Shown: positions 11,601 through 25,959, counted from the stretch's first letter. The stretch is DNA of 64,000 nucleotides from Amphiscolops sp. MND2022 (GCA_964187785.1 OZ076409.1:7876001-7940000), one strand, 5' to 3'. Numbers and translations are program-made. Notes: generated by a model not told the origin, from the letters alone.

Positions 11601-12861
11601 GACAATAAAGTACTTAGTTTGTTTTTGAATACTTTATTCCGTTTCCGACTCCTTTATCGCACATGCTGGTTTAAAATCCAGTTGAGCGTAAATTCGCGGC
11701 TTATTGCACAATTATCTATTATATTGTCTATTATTTTAAAATTTGTATCAAATTTCAATTACATTGTTCTTTTTATTAAGTCACAATAATTTTTACTTCG
11801 TGTTATTACGTGAACTTTTAAAAAGTATAATACAATGTTTTTTTATTTGGATACGTACCTCTGGATGCAAGATAAAACCAACCCAAAATTTGAATCCAGT
11901 TGCGACACAAGAAAAATTTTGGAGGTGATTTTGTGACGTAACTGTTTGGAATTTGGAACAAAGACAAGTAGGCAAACACTGATTGCCTTCTAAGCGGTTG
12001 GTTTGATTAGCTGAAATTGATCGACAGTTGCGCAATTATGACGCAACTTCTCCAGGGATCATTTTGAAAACTCTGAAGACAAATAGAATTTTCGGTGCAC
12101 TGTTCACAGAATCGAAATCAGGGTTGAAAGATTTGTGAAGAAGTGGGGACTCAAGTTTAGAGAGCACGCTCGCTGAACAGCGGAGTTCTTGGCTACCTGG
12201 GAAGAGCTTTAAATTGGATTTGTTAATTTCCGCCCATATTCCATATGGTAAAAGGAAAATTAATCTCTCTGCCGTTCCCAAATTTTGCTATTATTCCTAT
12301 TGTAAAGTCGATTGGTGATGAAGTTTTTTTCACATAAGTCAACTCGAAACAATAATTTCGTAGCATATGTGTTTGCCAGGAGTTTCGATTGTTTTGCGAA
12401 AAAAGTTACTAAAAGAAAAATTGCCCCACACAAGTGTCAAAATGTTGCGAAAATGAAAACATTTCCAACCGTTTCAAGGATTTTTTGAACAAAATACCTT
12501 TCCTTTAGTGGACATCAATGTGCGCTTAGTTCAACCAAAATTAACCATATTGCACACTTTTTTAATACAGAGAAAAATGAGAGCTATAAAAATTACCCAA
12601 CTAGCATTCCCTCAAAAAACTTGCCTTTGACAGTTTTCTGCAAACTTGGTTGAAATTATTTGTTTCTGTTGATATGAAAATCTTCAAATTATCAACTGCT
12701 ATATGCAACAAGAAGCCGACTGAGTTTTTTCTGCTTCGACAGGATTTAGCTACAACATACTCTTCAAGCTCGCACGCGAAAAGTTCTGCACCTTTCTGTC
12801 TTTTCAGACTTTGCTTTGAGAAAGACTGAATTTTTTTTGAGATACTTTCTTTAGTAGCCCA

Positions 12862-13365
12862 TTTTTTTAGTCGGCGCGTTTTCCTTTTAAGGAAAAATGC
12901 CCGACTATAGCAGTGACCTCTTTGTTTTTTTTCTTCAGACTACAATCCTCACATTGATCGGTCCACTTTTTACAATTCTGCGCAGAGCACCTGAGGCCAA
13001 GTCCGCCCAAGGCAAACTTTACTCCAAAGGGTCCCCCCTTTCATTTTTTACTTTTTCAAGGAAACATACAAAACCGGACGTGCCCAAAGGGTCCCCCCTT
13101 TGGATTTTTTTCGGAACTGTGCGACTTTTTTTCGAAAATTTTTAAATGTCCCCAAAGGGTCCCCCCTTTGAGTTTTTTGATATTTTGCAACGTAATGTTT
13201 GTTAATAAATCCAGAAGGCCCCCCCCTTTTACATTTTTCGGCACTTTGCGACTTCTTTTGAAGGAAAATTTTTTTTTTCAAAAATTTCAATTTTTTTCCA
13301 AAAAAGGTGTTTTACGCTTTTTGAGCCTTAGATATGGCGCCGACTTTAGACGTTCTCGTCTTGTT
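12862..13365 (+). mobile_element. Helentron-associated (HINE/DINE-1-like) non-autonomous element
   Basis: Sub-terminal inverted motifs TTTAGTCGGCGC / GCGCCGACTTT, 3' end GACGTTCTCGTCTTGTT resembling the DINE-1 end, internal AAAGGGTCCCCCC repeats. Related copies at 25960-27445, 29929-30290 and 44849-45490. Confidence 0.55.
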
Positions 13366-15249
13366 CATTATTAAACTCCATGAAACACTAGACTTAATGA
13401 TCAAAAAGTTTTCGATCGGAACCCCCAATTTGCTCGTCGTAAAAGTGCATCAGGTGACAGTTTGCATCTATTCTGAAATCTCTGGGTCTTTAAATCTCTT
13501 GAAACGTTCAAAAATATTAAAGAATTTGCCTTAAGTAGTCAGAAACCGGATTTTTAGATTTTTGTGGGTTCATTTTGGGACTTTTTAACATGAAAAACAG
13601 GGATTACTCTTTTTGAAAGTGTTCACATTAGCTAGCTCGTTTGATCATGAGCTTTATAAATGCTCAATTTTATCTAAACATTCGAAGTCCTAGTGGAACT
13701 CCCATACATTTCTTGCAAGAATCTTGCAGAAGTGGTACATATCAGACACTATCTGCAAGAATCTTGCAAGTATCATCGATTTCAGACAAACCTGTAAGAT
13801 TCTGGCAGATCAAACATTTCTTGCAGAGTCAGAAGTTTCTTGAAAGATTCTTGAACGGATCTCTCAAGACAATGTCTGAAACTTGAAAGATATTCTGCAA
13901 GAAAATGTGTGGAATGTACGGAAACGTCAAGATTGTTTTTTCAATTTTAAATCAAGAATATGTTCAAAATGAATGTGAATGTCTCGTATATGGAGTCGCA
14001 CGGACTTAAATGTGACCGAAGTTGATGAAAAATGATTTGTTTCTTTTAGAACTACCGGTTTTGGGAGCTGCACGTTTGCCACGATGGTGACCCTGGACAG
14101 TCGCTTGAGTCGTGTTCTAACTTCCGAGGATCTTGATGAAGGATAAACTAGTTTAATCATGACTTTTTGCAGTAGTATCAAGAAACGGAAATTTTGACTG
14201 TTTTCAGGTTTCTTGGTGTCACTGTGAGACAAAACCTTTCGTATTTAACTTCAAAATATAGCCTTGGGATGCTGTTCCATTCGGCCTGGGACTTTTTCGA
14301 CTTTTTAATCCACGAAAATAATAGAAAAACGTACACATTGGCATAAAAAGCATGAAAATTGTCAAATTATACCGTTTTTTGATTGTTAAGGGTCAATTTG
14401 GACTCAATCGAAAACTGTAAGAAAATATATTGCACGAAACTAAGTTTGGATCAATAGAGCTTTTGGGCGAACCCTTCCGATATGGGTACGACGTTTCAAC
14501 ATGACAGTTTTTGGAAAAAAGTGATAGAAAACCCAGCTAAGTTAGTCACTTTAGCTGACGATTTGAAAATATGGGCAGAAAACAAGAAAAGACAAACGTG
14601 TTGAAAACATTCGTGGCATTATTATCGTCACAGCTCAGCAAAACGTTTATCAGTTTCTCAGTAACCGTTTTCATAGAAAAATTTTGATTGCACTTGAAAT
14701 GCACAACATTAGATATCAGGAGTTATTGATGTCAGGGGAACCAATGTTGCCCGTTAATTTTGTCCATCTTGGAGTTTTCTTGTTTTACGACGCTGTGAAG
14801 TCTGGAAATTTTTTTTAGTGAAACCCAGTTTGTTTTATTTTCGCGATCTTGTCCCTCTCTTCTTTCCAGTCGAAAACCTATGTTTCCTGGGTACTTCCAC
14901 TTCTCGCAAAAAAACAGACGTCTTTCATAACGTACTTATTTAGCTACTCTCATACTTGTTAGAAATTACCAAACAACTTGACCAGATTCTGCTGAAAGTA
15001 TCCTGAAGAACCGTTTCAGCTTATAGTGAATGTACTGATTCTGTCAGGAGGTTTGCTGCAGGCCTTCAGTATTTAGGACCAGTCAATGAGCGTTCTTCAG
15101 ACTCTACCCTTTTGCGTCGCCCTGACTCGCTACCAAACTTGCAAGAATAGCTAAGTCACTCTGACTTCTTTTTGTTTCCGAGGTGCAGACGGTATTTCTC
15201 AGGCCTGTCGCGATAGTAATAACTAGGAAATTAGATGCCGAGTATTCCA

Positions 15250-17150
15250 ATCACTCAATGGAAAATCTATTGTAACGACACACTTCAAGCGTCGCTTATT
15301 GACCTCCATTACTTCTGGAGACCAAGTTTCGTCTGAAAGGAATATGTTTTATTCCATGCGAACAAAAATAAATAAGCGATTTTTGTGGAAAGTTTGTGAA
15401 GCGTAGACCTTGAAAACCAAACTTGGTGAGGGCGCAGCCTTCGCGTTTCCACCCGACCTTTCGAAACAGCGAAAAAGGTATTACAAGACGTTTTTGCCAT
15501 GTCAATGTCTAGACTGGCCCAATAAAAAAAGTTTTTCTATCAATTTTTTAAATATTCTTAGATCTCAGTTCGGACACCATTGACTTGAGTGATACAAAAT
15601 TGAAAGTAGTAAATGAATCAACCACGGTCCCCTGAAATAAGTTGCAAAACACCGCTCGCTGGTGAAGCAACCCACACCGTCCACATAATAGGAAGAAAAG
15701 TTACTTTGTGAAAGTACGTGCTATTTGATGCTATTTGTTTGTATGTGGTTGCCAGAGAATTTGATGAGTTGTGAGAGATACTGTCAAGTTGGCACTATTT
15801 ATGCCACACTTTTGGAAACCACTAGTAATATTCCTGACAAAAGTCAAAATCTCTCCTAACGAGATCAGGTCAGGTCGAAATACACCAATTTGGGAAGAAC
15901 GCAAAAATGTATGTTGTAAATTGCATAGAGCGCACGTTACTGGTCGCTCAGAAAAACATGGACGTAGTTCTGAAAAAATTGTATGAAAACGACGAAGAAC
16001 GCAATTTTAGTTGAACATAATGCGATATCATTGGAATATCCCAGCACCAAAAATTTTGCAATATATTGCGCACGGTACCAAAACCCGACCAAATGTGTCT
16101 TTTTAGACGCCTTACAATGCCCGATATAAACTTTTTCTGAAGAAGACCTGAAACAAAGGTATAGGCTTCAACTTAGGTTTGTCGCATCGGATCACTGAAT
16201 GTCGCCCTGACATCCCGTTATTGAGTGTTTTCGTTACATAGGCTTGGTTGACGCTCGCATACATTGTTTCAGGGAGCTAGAATGACAGAAAGGCGAGTTT
16301 GGCAATGACAACTAAGTGTAAGTTTCACGACGTATCAAACGTTCCTAACATCCTTGTTGAGCAACCGCACTTGGCCTACGATGGACTTCATCGCAATCAG
16401 CTGTCAATTTCCGACGATTCAGCCAGTATTGCACACGGTGTGTAACTTTCAGGTCGCTAGCATCAATGGAAGTGATTTTCATCCTTCTCGGATGTGCGTT
16501 TTGACAAAAAGCAGCTGATTTTAAGAATTTTTGCACAAAAAACGCACAATTTCCACTATTTGACCCTGAGCCCTGAAAACCCAAGTAAAACATTTTTTTC
16601 ATTCACCTTTCGCAGAAACGTTCAATTTAGTTATTTGCCCGTTCCTATAGTCTTGGTCTGACCAAAAACGGCACAGGAGAGGTAGTAGTGAAAACCGCAC
16701 ACAAACTAACTGTCTTTTATTGGTTTTTTGAAGTTGAGACTTTGAACACGGTGCGTTGCTGAAAAAAAACAAGTCTCGTGGAGACCAACAAAGTCTAACA
16801 GCAATGCTTTTCCGGATTGTACAACATTGGTAACCCATCAGAAGTCACTCACGATTTACTATCTTTCACTTGAAATACCCTCATATGCTACCCTTTCTAC
16901 CGATTCCCTCACTTTTACCAACTTGTGTTGTCAGAATAAAGGGCAGCCCTAGTAAAAACAAAACCTAGTGATCAATTTAGCGATCACATTGAAAGCAAAC
17001 TGGAAACGCAAAAACTCTTTTGTTCAAACCAATCACCAGCCCGGTGATGGATGGAATGAAGCACAAATCAGTGTAAAGACCACCATAGGCATCTCCAGAA
17101 TTCTCGCTTAGATCTGAGTACTACAAACAAACTAGTGGCGTCCTGTAAAA
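15250..17150 (-). pseudogene. Highly degraded LTR-retrotransposon pol relic (RT/RNase H/integrase traces)
   Basis: Fragmentary motifs in gypsy order on the minus strand: DL..FW-like RT near 17100, TSIDASD (RNase H) in ORF 16345-16602, FCSHGIKHIPF...SNG (integrase core) in ORF 15296-15505. Confidence 0.45.
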
Positions 17151-20100
17151 GTGTACTGGACGTAGGGGTGTGAGTAATGACCGTTTTTCACACCCTGTCG
17201 CTGTAAATAACACTGAGCAAAGAGCTTCAATTAAAACGTTTTGTTCTCTTGCGGACAAGAAAGGCAAGTGCCGGATTTGTTAAAGGGTCGGACGGCCAAC
17301 TACCTCTCGTCGCTTCCTCTTTCGCAGAGGGAAGGGATCGAGTAGGACAACTGTGCAATTCAAAAGTAACTTCGGATAAATCAGCAAAAATAGAAATTGA
17401 AACTGTAGACAATTCGTGAGTCCGAAGACACCGGAGTCCGTCAGAACTACAGACGAAACTAATCTAGAACCTAGTAACCTTCACAGCACCAAGCCGTGTG
17501 CAAGCAACGTCGAAGAACTGTTTGAATTGAACACAAGCGCTGAAGACATCTTTGATAAAATGATAGCCCAGACAATTTTGATCATTTGATAGCCAGCATG
17601 TTTTCAAAAGTCATGTCTGATAATCGATCCAACGCCGAGCAAACCACTTAGATTGCGCAAGCAAACCAACCAAATTACAGTGCAAGGGATCCCTCTGACA
17701 CCTGGCCTCTACTCGGTGGCTGATGCCTCCATAGAGATCTTAGACTCTAACTGTTCTAACTCGAAGTTAAACAAAACGAAGTTGACAACACAGCAAAACT
17801 CCAGTACTTGGGTACACAAGGCAAGTACAACCGCAACACCAACGAGCGGTACTTCGGCATCAAAATCAAGCGCCGACCTTTTGGAATCTCGGGCACTAGC
17901 GCCGACTGTCAACATTAACCCATTTGATGAAACTTTGCTGAAAGTAACTGCAACGACCCGCAAAGGACAACTAGGTGAACCAAAAAACAACCTCCAAGAC
18001 TTGCTTACTGTATGCCAACACCTTTGGGCGGTACTGCCATCACTGACCAACTAAAGAGTTTAATTGGATCTCCTGATCCAAGTATGGGCAAGGTTGCCAC
18101 TACAGATTCAAAAATCACCAGAGGCATCAAGGCGTCATTGGCAGTTCGAGAGGACTTTGGCCATTGTGTGGCTAAATTAACGCAAGTGCAGGCTTGAATA
18201 AAGCAAAAAAAAACAAGAAAAAGGATCAATAGACCGAGCTCCTAAATAAAAGAAATGGATAAGATACGGTAGGGCTTAGTTGAACTGGAAATTGAGGGAA
18301 TAATTAGTAAAGACAAAGTAGAATCATTGACAGCTTCAAAAAGTAACCAAATCAGTCACCGAGAAACATTGACGAGGACGAAACCGTCATTATTTTCTTT
18401 TGGCGACAATTTTCCCGGCCGTTGCTCAGTAGCACGCAAACAAAAGCTACCACGAACAAACTTGAAAACAGAACCAGAAGCGTATGAATAAGAAATGCCT
18501 GCAACAATGCAGAGACAAATATTAGCTGAAGTGACAACAACAGCAATGTCTAAAGGCTTGGAACTGGTTAGCGGCTACAAAGACAAAAAATAGACCCACG
18601 AAGTACCACGGAACGCGTGATGGACTCGTCGAAGGATGAATGATGTACATGAAAAGATATGCAGAGAAGGCACACGCAAACGCTACACTTTTAGACGGAA
18701 CTTGGACGAGCGATCAGTTCTTAGAGAAAAAAGCTAGAAACTACAATGCAAACAAATCAGAAGCAGCGCGAAACAGACCAAAACGTCTTTCCTCTCTTCG
18801 CTAGAAAAAATGGCACAGGCTCTATCAAGATCCATCTCCATTAGAAAATCCGTACACAGGCCCACTCGAACTCTTAGAGCAATCACGGTTTCTCGGATGA
18901 GGAAGTAGCTGTACGATGGTACAAAAGATGCATAAGTTGATTGATAGAAAGCGGCCAGCCACAATTCCAGCGGAATCAACCGACTCAGAATATCAAGTGA
19001 GAGTAATTTCCGCAACAGAAGCAGAAGGCCCTGCTCGCTCAGTGGTTATTACTTGTGGCGAAAAATAAGAAATGACTATACTGGAAGCCCCAGCAGCGAA
19101 CTTTAATAAAACATGACTTTCCATACACTTGCTGCTGTCAGCAGAACCAAAGCTGCGACCTAACTTGACATTGACTCAACTAAAGGAAGATCTTTGTATA
19201 AAGATAACGTCATGACAGCCCTTAAATTTACAAGAGACGACGAGACCAATGTAACTACAGTGCAAAAGGTCAAGACGATTGTGCCAGTAGCAACTAGGCG
19301 TTGACTTGAAATCTGATGCGATAGTAGTCAGGGAAAGATACTTTTTTTACGGCCTGCATCTTGGGAGATGTGTCAGGATTGCTAGAAACCGGTTTTACGT
19401 GCTTGTGAGATGTATCTGTACTTTGAGTGAGAATTTACGTGACCTCGGAGCTCTAAAATGAAGGTCCTTTGGCGGTACAAAGTATCCCTAGGAGACACAA
19501 TTTGGGACAAAAACTGATGTATAGAGTTGTTGATATACTCTGGTCTCCAGTCCAGGCAGCCTAAACATTGTCCCAGCTCGAGTATATTCTTTACAGCATG
19601 TAATTTTGCTGCACTTTACATATCCACAACAACAATTTATGATTTTAAAAGACATTTAATACTTAACCGAGGCGAAAAATTGTTTAGTTGCGAAAATCAA
19701 GTATTATAACTTGGTGACTTGGAGACAGATGATCGTAATGAACTTTCAACATTAATTCATTTGCCATATTTCATATTCACCTAGTATTTGCCGGTATTAT
19801 GTCTCTCGAAACGATTTAGGTTCATTTAATTTGCTTTCCGGCTGAGTCATCTGAACCTTATTTACTGGAAAACCGATAAAACTAAGTAGCATTCTTTTAT
19901 AGCCAGCTTTTTTATTACAGCATCTACTATAAAAAAACATATAGCTTTCACAAGTTATCAGTGGCTGAAACTATAGAGAGCAAAATTTAATCTGTAAATA
20001 TATTATTATATCTACTCTAAGTATACTTTCACTCTCACTTGACCGCCCAAAAAAGTCTGTTTAAAATTATTTTGATAGTAATCGGTGTCATTCGAAGCGT

Positions 20101-20741
20101 AAACTATGCATTATAAAATCATAAATATTTTTTATTGGTTTCTTCACAGCGCAGGTATTTAATTTGCTGTGGCAAGCGCTGGCAACTGAAAAGATTTTAC
20201 GCGCTAGTATTCACACAAAAACTGAATGGAGCTGAAACTTCTTTGGCTTGACATCCAATTAAATGTTTGACTTCTAATCAATTCAAATTATGTTTTTAAG
20301 GCTCCGTGCTTCACAAAGACCTCTCTATGAGACTATTCTTCGCGCTAGCTGCATTTATATCTCCAACGGATAGAGATTTTTTAATTCATAAATCGACTCT
20401 ACAGCAAATTTCTTTTGCTTTTACGATGCACAAAAAAACAATACCTCTTGAGCCTATAAACTGATTAAAAACACAGGCTAAGCTTTATGGAAACCTTTCT
20501 ATATTCCCCTTTGATTTCTCTACATGATTACATAATTTTATCCTTCTATTAACCACTCATCTTAACTATAGTGGGTTGGAGTCTCAATTGAAAAAATAAT
20601 TTGTAGAAAAATGGATTATGCGTGGAAACATTGTTGAATGTTGATTGCAAAAATGTGACGACTTCGGAAAAAATTGGAAACCACTAAATTTTGGTCTGTC
20701 TGAATAATATTTCAATTTTGCTACAAAGACAACCACCAACT

Positions 20742-21145
20742 ATGTCTGTAAGTACCCTCACGTCTGAATGGTTTGCAGCCCCCGTTATAAACGAAAGTGG
20801 AAACATTGAATACATTCCCCTGGATCAAGACATTCTCCAACTCCCAGTTTTTGCCCTTATTCAAGACGCCTGTGAGCTGAACTTCATTCCGGACGAAGAC
20901 ATAAAATCAGGCAATTGGTCGCTGCAAGATGAAAAACTGGTTCTTCAAACGGGATTGGACGTCAGATTGACCAATGAGGGCGTGGTTGCTCTTCAGGTTG
21001 AGATGAAAACGTCACACCCCAAATTCATTTCAGCTCCTATTCTGACTGGATGTCAGATCCAGAGGAAGGATAAATTGGCAGTTATTTCCATACATTATCA
21101 TTTTTTATTGAAAAAACACAACAACAGAGAAGAAAAAGTGTCAAG
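20742..21145 (+). CDS. Sphingosine-kinase-like gene, exon 1 (N-terminal PH-like region)
   Basis: ATG at 20742, open frame to ...REEKVSR, ends at AG|GT. Joins exon 2 in frame. Confidence 0.7.
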
Positions 21146-21146
21146 G

Positions 21147-22334
21147 TAGGACCAGCGTGAAATCACGCGCGAACATGCTCAAAAATCACGCTTTTATTCA
21201 CGCTATTTTGAATCGAAAATAACGCTAAATTCACGGACAAAAAATTAGGCAAATGGCTGAATTCAATTCAATTTTCGGACCATGTTATCCCCCAGGTACA
21301 CCTTATTGGGAACCCCCCCCCCAAGCACAAAAGCACATTTTGGACAATTCAGGGAAAATTTTTTTTCCATATTATTGTCCAAAATAGCAGAAATTCACGT
21401 TTGAAACAAGCTAAAATTGTATAAAAAGGCCCCTATTTCAGCGCAAATTTTGTCCACTGTAAAATCTAATGAGCAACTTTTAACTGACAGTCAGAGAGAA
21501 GTTTGAGAAGTTATTTTTCCCAATTCTAGTTATTTTTCCCAATTCTGCCGGGATGGACGCCGAATAAGCAGTTATGCTTTTCTAAGTCGGCACCCTTTCG
21601 GATACTAATTGGTACTAAAATGGCACCATATTTGTGGTCAAGTAGTGGTAGACTTTAAGCTGTGGTTTCAAAGTGACTTGCTCAAGGTCACAAAGGCCTG
21701 ACTGCTCACCGTTGCTCTTTTTGTTTAGCTTTTCTCCGCCAAATGCGTTGCGTTATTTTTTGTCCTTGACCATACCGCTAAGCTATGGATTAAGGACTTG
21801 CTTAAGGACCAACAATGGTGAGTTGAGAGAGATTCGAACCTGATACAGTCCAGTACAGGCCGAATACTCTAACCTGACAGTCAATGTAATGATTAGTATT
21901 ATGTCGACATCAATTATTTTATTGGGCCAAAATTTCAACGCAAACGATGTCGACATAATGGTATTTGAACCTTCTGTCTTATTCCCCCGCCGCAGTTTTT
22001 GGGGGAAATAGATGACATGGTCCCAATCTTCCTGAACTTATATACAAAAACAGCACTGGTTTGATAATTTCGGGGCCCAACCCTTGGCGGTTTGGAGAGA
22101 CAGTATTTGAAAACTAGAATAGGTACTTAGAAACCATCATTCTCCGCCGATTTCTAGTTCCTTTTCATTGTTCTATGTTGTTCGATTTTCTGGAATAATC
22201 TAGAATACGTACTTCAAAACCATCATATTCCGCCGATTTCTAGTTCCGCTGTAGTATCACGCCAAGTGACGCAGCACTCGCCAAGTGGCTAGTAAATCAC
22301 GCAAATTCAGGCGCGTGAATTTATGCTGGCCCTA
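21147..22334. mobile_element. hAT-like MITE forming a putative intron (21146-22341)
   Basis: TIRs TAGGACCAGCGTGAAATCACGCGC / GCGCGTGAATTTATGCTGGCCCTA; degenerate 8-bp TSD TGTCAAGG (21139-21146) / TATCCAGG (22335-22342). Confidence 0.8.
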
Positions 22335-22341
22335 TATCCAG

Positions 22342-23011
22342 GTACGTTTGCGCAGCTGATAGCCAATCAACTCTCACAGCTTTAAATAAATTTTACAAGT
22401 GCATACAACTTGTGATTCGAGGAGTTAATCTGAACGATATTGAGGATATTGACAACTTCAACTGGGAACCGGAACACGTGCTAGTGATTGTCAATCCAAA
22501 AAGCGGAGACGGAAAAGGCGTCCATATTTTCAAAACTTTGGTTTCCAGAATGCTCGATCTTCTTTGCATGAAATACAAATACGTGGTTACGTCATATTCT
22601 GGCCACGCCCAAAGCTATGCATCTAGGGAGCAACTTACAATTTACAAAGGGGGCATTATATTGATTTCCGGCGATGGTTTATACAGTGAGTTTATAAACG
22701 GGGTTATGGAAAGAATGGACCGGAAGTCCGTGTGTAGAGTCCCGCTGTCAATCATCCCCGCTGGAACTAACAATACCCTGTCGGGTCCTTGCTGCAATAC
22801 AGGGGAGAACACACCAAAAAAGAGTTCGCACCTGTTAATTGCATGTTTGCCTTCCATAAAAGGTCAGGTCCAACACAAAGATCGGATTTTGCAAACCGGA
22901 ATCAACAAAATATCAAAGTGCCACTGCGCTTCATTTCGAGCGATGAACTCTTTGGAAAGTTTTGTAAGAGTAGCGCCGCAAAAGGCATCATATTTTTCTA
23001 GTTTTTTCTAA
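22342..23011 (+). CDS. Sphingosine-kinase-like gene, exon 2 (DAGK catalytic domain); apparent frameshifts after ~22780 near the gap
   Basis: Motifs VLVIVNPKSGDGKG, SGDGLYSEFING, PLSIIPAGTNN of the DAGK/SphK family. The SphK-like continuation (LLQYRGEH...NCMFA) is in another frame. Confidence 0.8.
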
Positions 23012-23028
23012 GGAAAATGACTATGAAC

Positions 23029-23228
23029 NNNNNNNNNNNNNNNNNNNNNNNNNNNNNNNNNNNNNNNNNNNNNNNNNNNNNNNNNNNNNNNNNNNNNNNN
23101 NNNNNNNNNNNNNNNNNNNNNNNNNNNNNNNNNNNNNNNNNNNNNNNNNNNNNNNNNNNNNNNNNNNNNNNNNNNNNNNNNNNNNNNNNNNNNNNNNNNN
23201 NNNNNNNNNNNNNNNNNNNNNNNNNNNN
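23029..23228. other. Assembly gap (200 N)
   Basis: Run of N. Confidence 1.
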
Positions 23229-23662
23229 AGTTTTACTTTAAATGAAGCATCTTTACACATCAAGTGAATCGACCAGTAAAATTGAGTTGTATCGTAACCT
23301 TAGCATCACATTGAGTGAAATAATATCACTTCAAGTAAGCGCTAGCTGCGAACGAAGGAAAACAAGGCAATGCAATTTCAGTTCAAATGAATTAAACTTC
23401 AACTTGAGTGAGCCGATCGCAGCGAATTACCTTTCAGTAGGTAGTGAGAAATGAAACTTTTACCGAGAAAACTTAGTAGAAAAAAATGCTTTTGTTTCAA
23501 GTCGTTTTTCATTGGCTGTCAATGCCATTCGGTATTCAACTAAATTGGATTGCTCTTTTGAATAAATAAAATTTGTGTAATAGAGCAATCTACCAAAATA
23601 GGATACCATAAACTAATTTAATCAGTTTCTCTTTTAATTATGAACAGCTAAAACGTTATATA

Positions 23663-24438
23663 CCCAGTGGAAAAAATGTTGAAACTCTTGCCAAGAATCT
23701 TGCAATTTCCCAAGAATTGAGCGCCAAGAATATGTACGATCTTGCAAGATCTTGCCAAGAACTTCAAGAAAAATGCCTAATTTTTTCGACTGAAAAAATG
23801 CACAAAAAGGGTTTTTAGTACAAAATCTTCTCGGGAAAAACCAAGAATCTTGTCAAGAAATCCAAGAAAATCCAAGAAATGCCAAGAATCTTGCCAAGAA
23901 ATCCAGGAAAATCAAAGAAAAAGGCCTTAACTTTCATTAATATTTCGTAAAAGTAACGCTCTAAAGCATCACTAAAATAGAGAATTTGTGAACTGAAATT
24001 AGTATACTGTATTAGTATACTACAGTTCCAGGTTTAAAAAGACAATATGTCAATTGGTATCAAACTTTGTTTTGTGTTATTACAACGTTATCAATCTGAT
24101 TCGACAATTTGGCTCCAAAATCCTTTTGAGGTTTCCCTGATTTCATATTTGATATTTTTCCATATTTCCGCTGGAAATTTCATTATAAACAAAATTCGTT
24201 CCATACGAACGCTCCTGGTTGGTGTTTGATGGAATGCACAAATTATAACAGACTTGCTAAATGCAGTTCCACCTCCCGGATTTCTTGACAAGAATCTTGC
24301 CAAGATTCTTGTCAAGAAGTTCAAGATTTTTCAACGGTCCAAGATAATTCAAGATTTTATCAATGGTTTCAAGAGGTAACGGGAATTTGCGGGAAAATCC
24401 AAGATCTTGGCAAGAGTTTCAAGATATTTTACACTGGG
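23663..24438. mobile_element. CCC...GGG MITE with CAAGA/TCTTG sub-repeats, 2-bp TSD TA (EnSpm/CACTA-Mirage-like)
   Basis: TA|CCCAGTG...CACTGGG|TA with long imperfect TIRs. Confidence 0.8.
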
Positions 24439-25959
24439 TAGTCTCACAGGGTCCATTATATCCTGTTTTCGAGATCATTTTTTCAAAAAAAAATCAAAAA
24501 AGAATACCTTTTTACAGAGTTTGGTATGTATTTATTAACAAGATCTTCTTGACCGACAACTTGAAAAAAGAAAAAAGAAAATCACTGAATTTCTACATGC
24601 ATATTTAAAATAAATAAAATTTTAAAATGACATGATGAAGAACAGTGTGCACAGAAATATGACAGATACAAATTATTGAGAAAAATTATACAATTATTAT
24701 TTAAAACGGTAAGCCTTCCAACATTTTTGACCAAATTGAGGATTTTCGAAGTCATTCACAAACTTTCCAGTAAAGCAACGTCTAACTTTCAGACAAGAAT
24801 TTTTAGACAAGCTAATTTTTATTAAACAAGCACTCGTTACAAAATCTGATCGCTTAGGCACCCCGAGATCTTGTGACGTAACAGAAATCAGGAACCGAAA
24901 CTTAGTTTACTACTCTGGACTTCATTACACGTGGGGCAACTTAGCCGATATTTACCACAGCAGCAAGAGGTTCACAATCCTGGGAAAGTACCGGATGGTC
25001 CCTCTAGTAATGATCAAGCTGTTACGTAATCGTGGATCCGACGGAAGTCTATGGTACCGTCACATCTCTTCACCCCCGGATAGCGAACTAATCAAACTAC
25101 AGAACAACTGTTTCAGCATGTTTCTAATCACAAACATCAGCAATATTACTTTCGGAGTGACGGCTTGCAAGAACAAATTTCCAGGCTCTGGAGAACTGGT
25201 CCTCTGTTTCGTTAAATACCCCATCAGCCGAAGAAGAATAGTCTCACTAATCCGAAAAGCAATCAGCACAGGTGACGTGATGACCATTCTATCTGATTTT
25301 CATAGGTATTCGAAATCTGAAAATCAAAAAAATCATGCAGTCAAAAATTCTAAGAGTAAAATTCAATCTTAGTAAACTGAAAAGTAAACTGAAATTGAAG
25401 AAAATTTCTTTGACCACGAATGTTTTTACTTTTCTGAAGATACCGGGTTGATCTCAAAAGAAAGAGCATCTGTATCTTGAAAAATCATAGAAGTTAGACA
25501 TGAAAACAATACAGTCATACATCGACCATAAAAAAGGAAAAAAAACATTCAAATCGTACAATCACAATAGTGTGGTCGTTTTAAAAACTTGATTATCTAG
25601 ACATGGAAATTAGCATAACGTAGTCAATTAACCTTCACGTTGATAAAATTGTTGGTTACTCCATCGACAAAACCTCAGCGTCATCAAACTCGCCATTTTA
25701 TGGCATCTTCTATTGTTTTATCAAGGGTTGATTTCGAATGAAGCACCAATTTCCCTGAAAAATGGGCATGACAGTAACGAAAGCGTTGATGTTTAGGTAA
25801 ACTGTAATTAAACATAGTGGTAACTTATATGTAGTTCGAGTATGCAAAGGTCTCAATGTATCCATATTTGATACATACCTCAGGTCAATAAAAAATGATC
25901 TCAAGTTCCATTTTGAGCTTATACAAAATATGCTCATCACAATTAGAAATGTTTGTTAG

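Noticed and set aside
17450..19300. Possible degraded gag or host exons
   Set aside because: Only short ORFs with no motif I can identify.
24995..25372. 125-aa ORF as continuation of the kinase gene
   Set aside because: No SphK C-terminal motifs recognisable in any frame examined.
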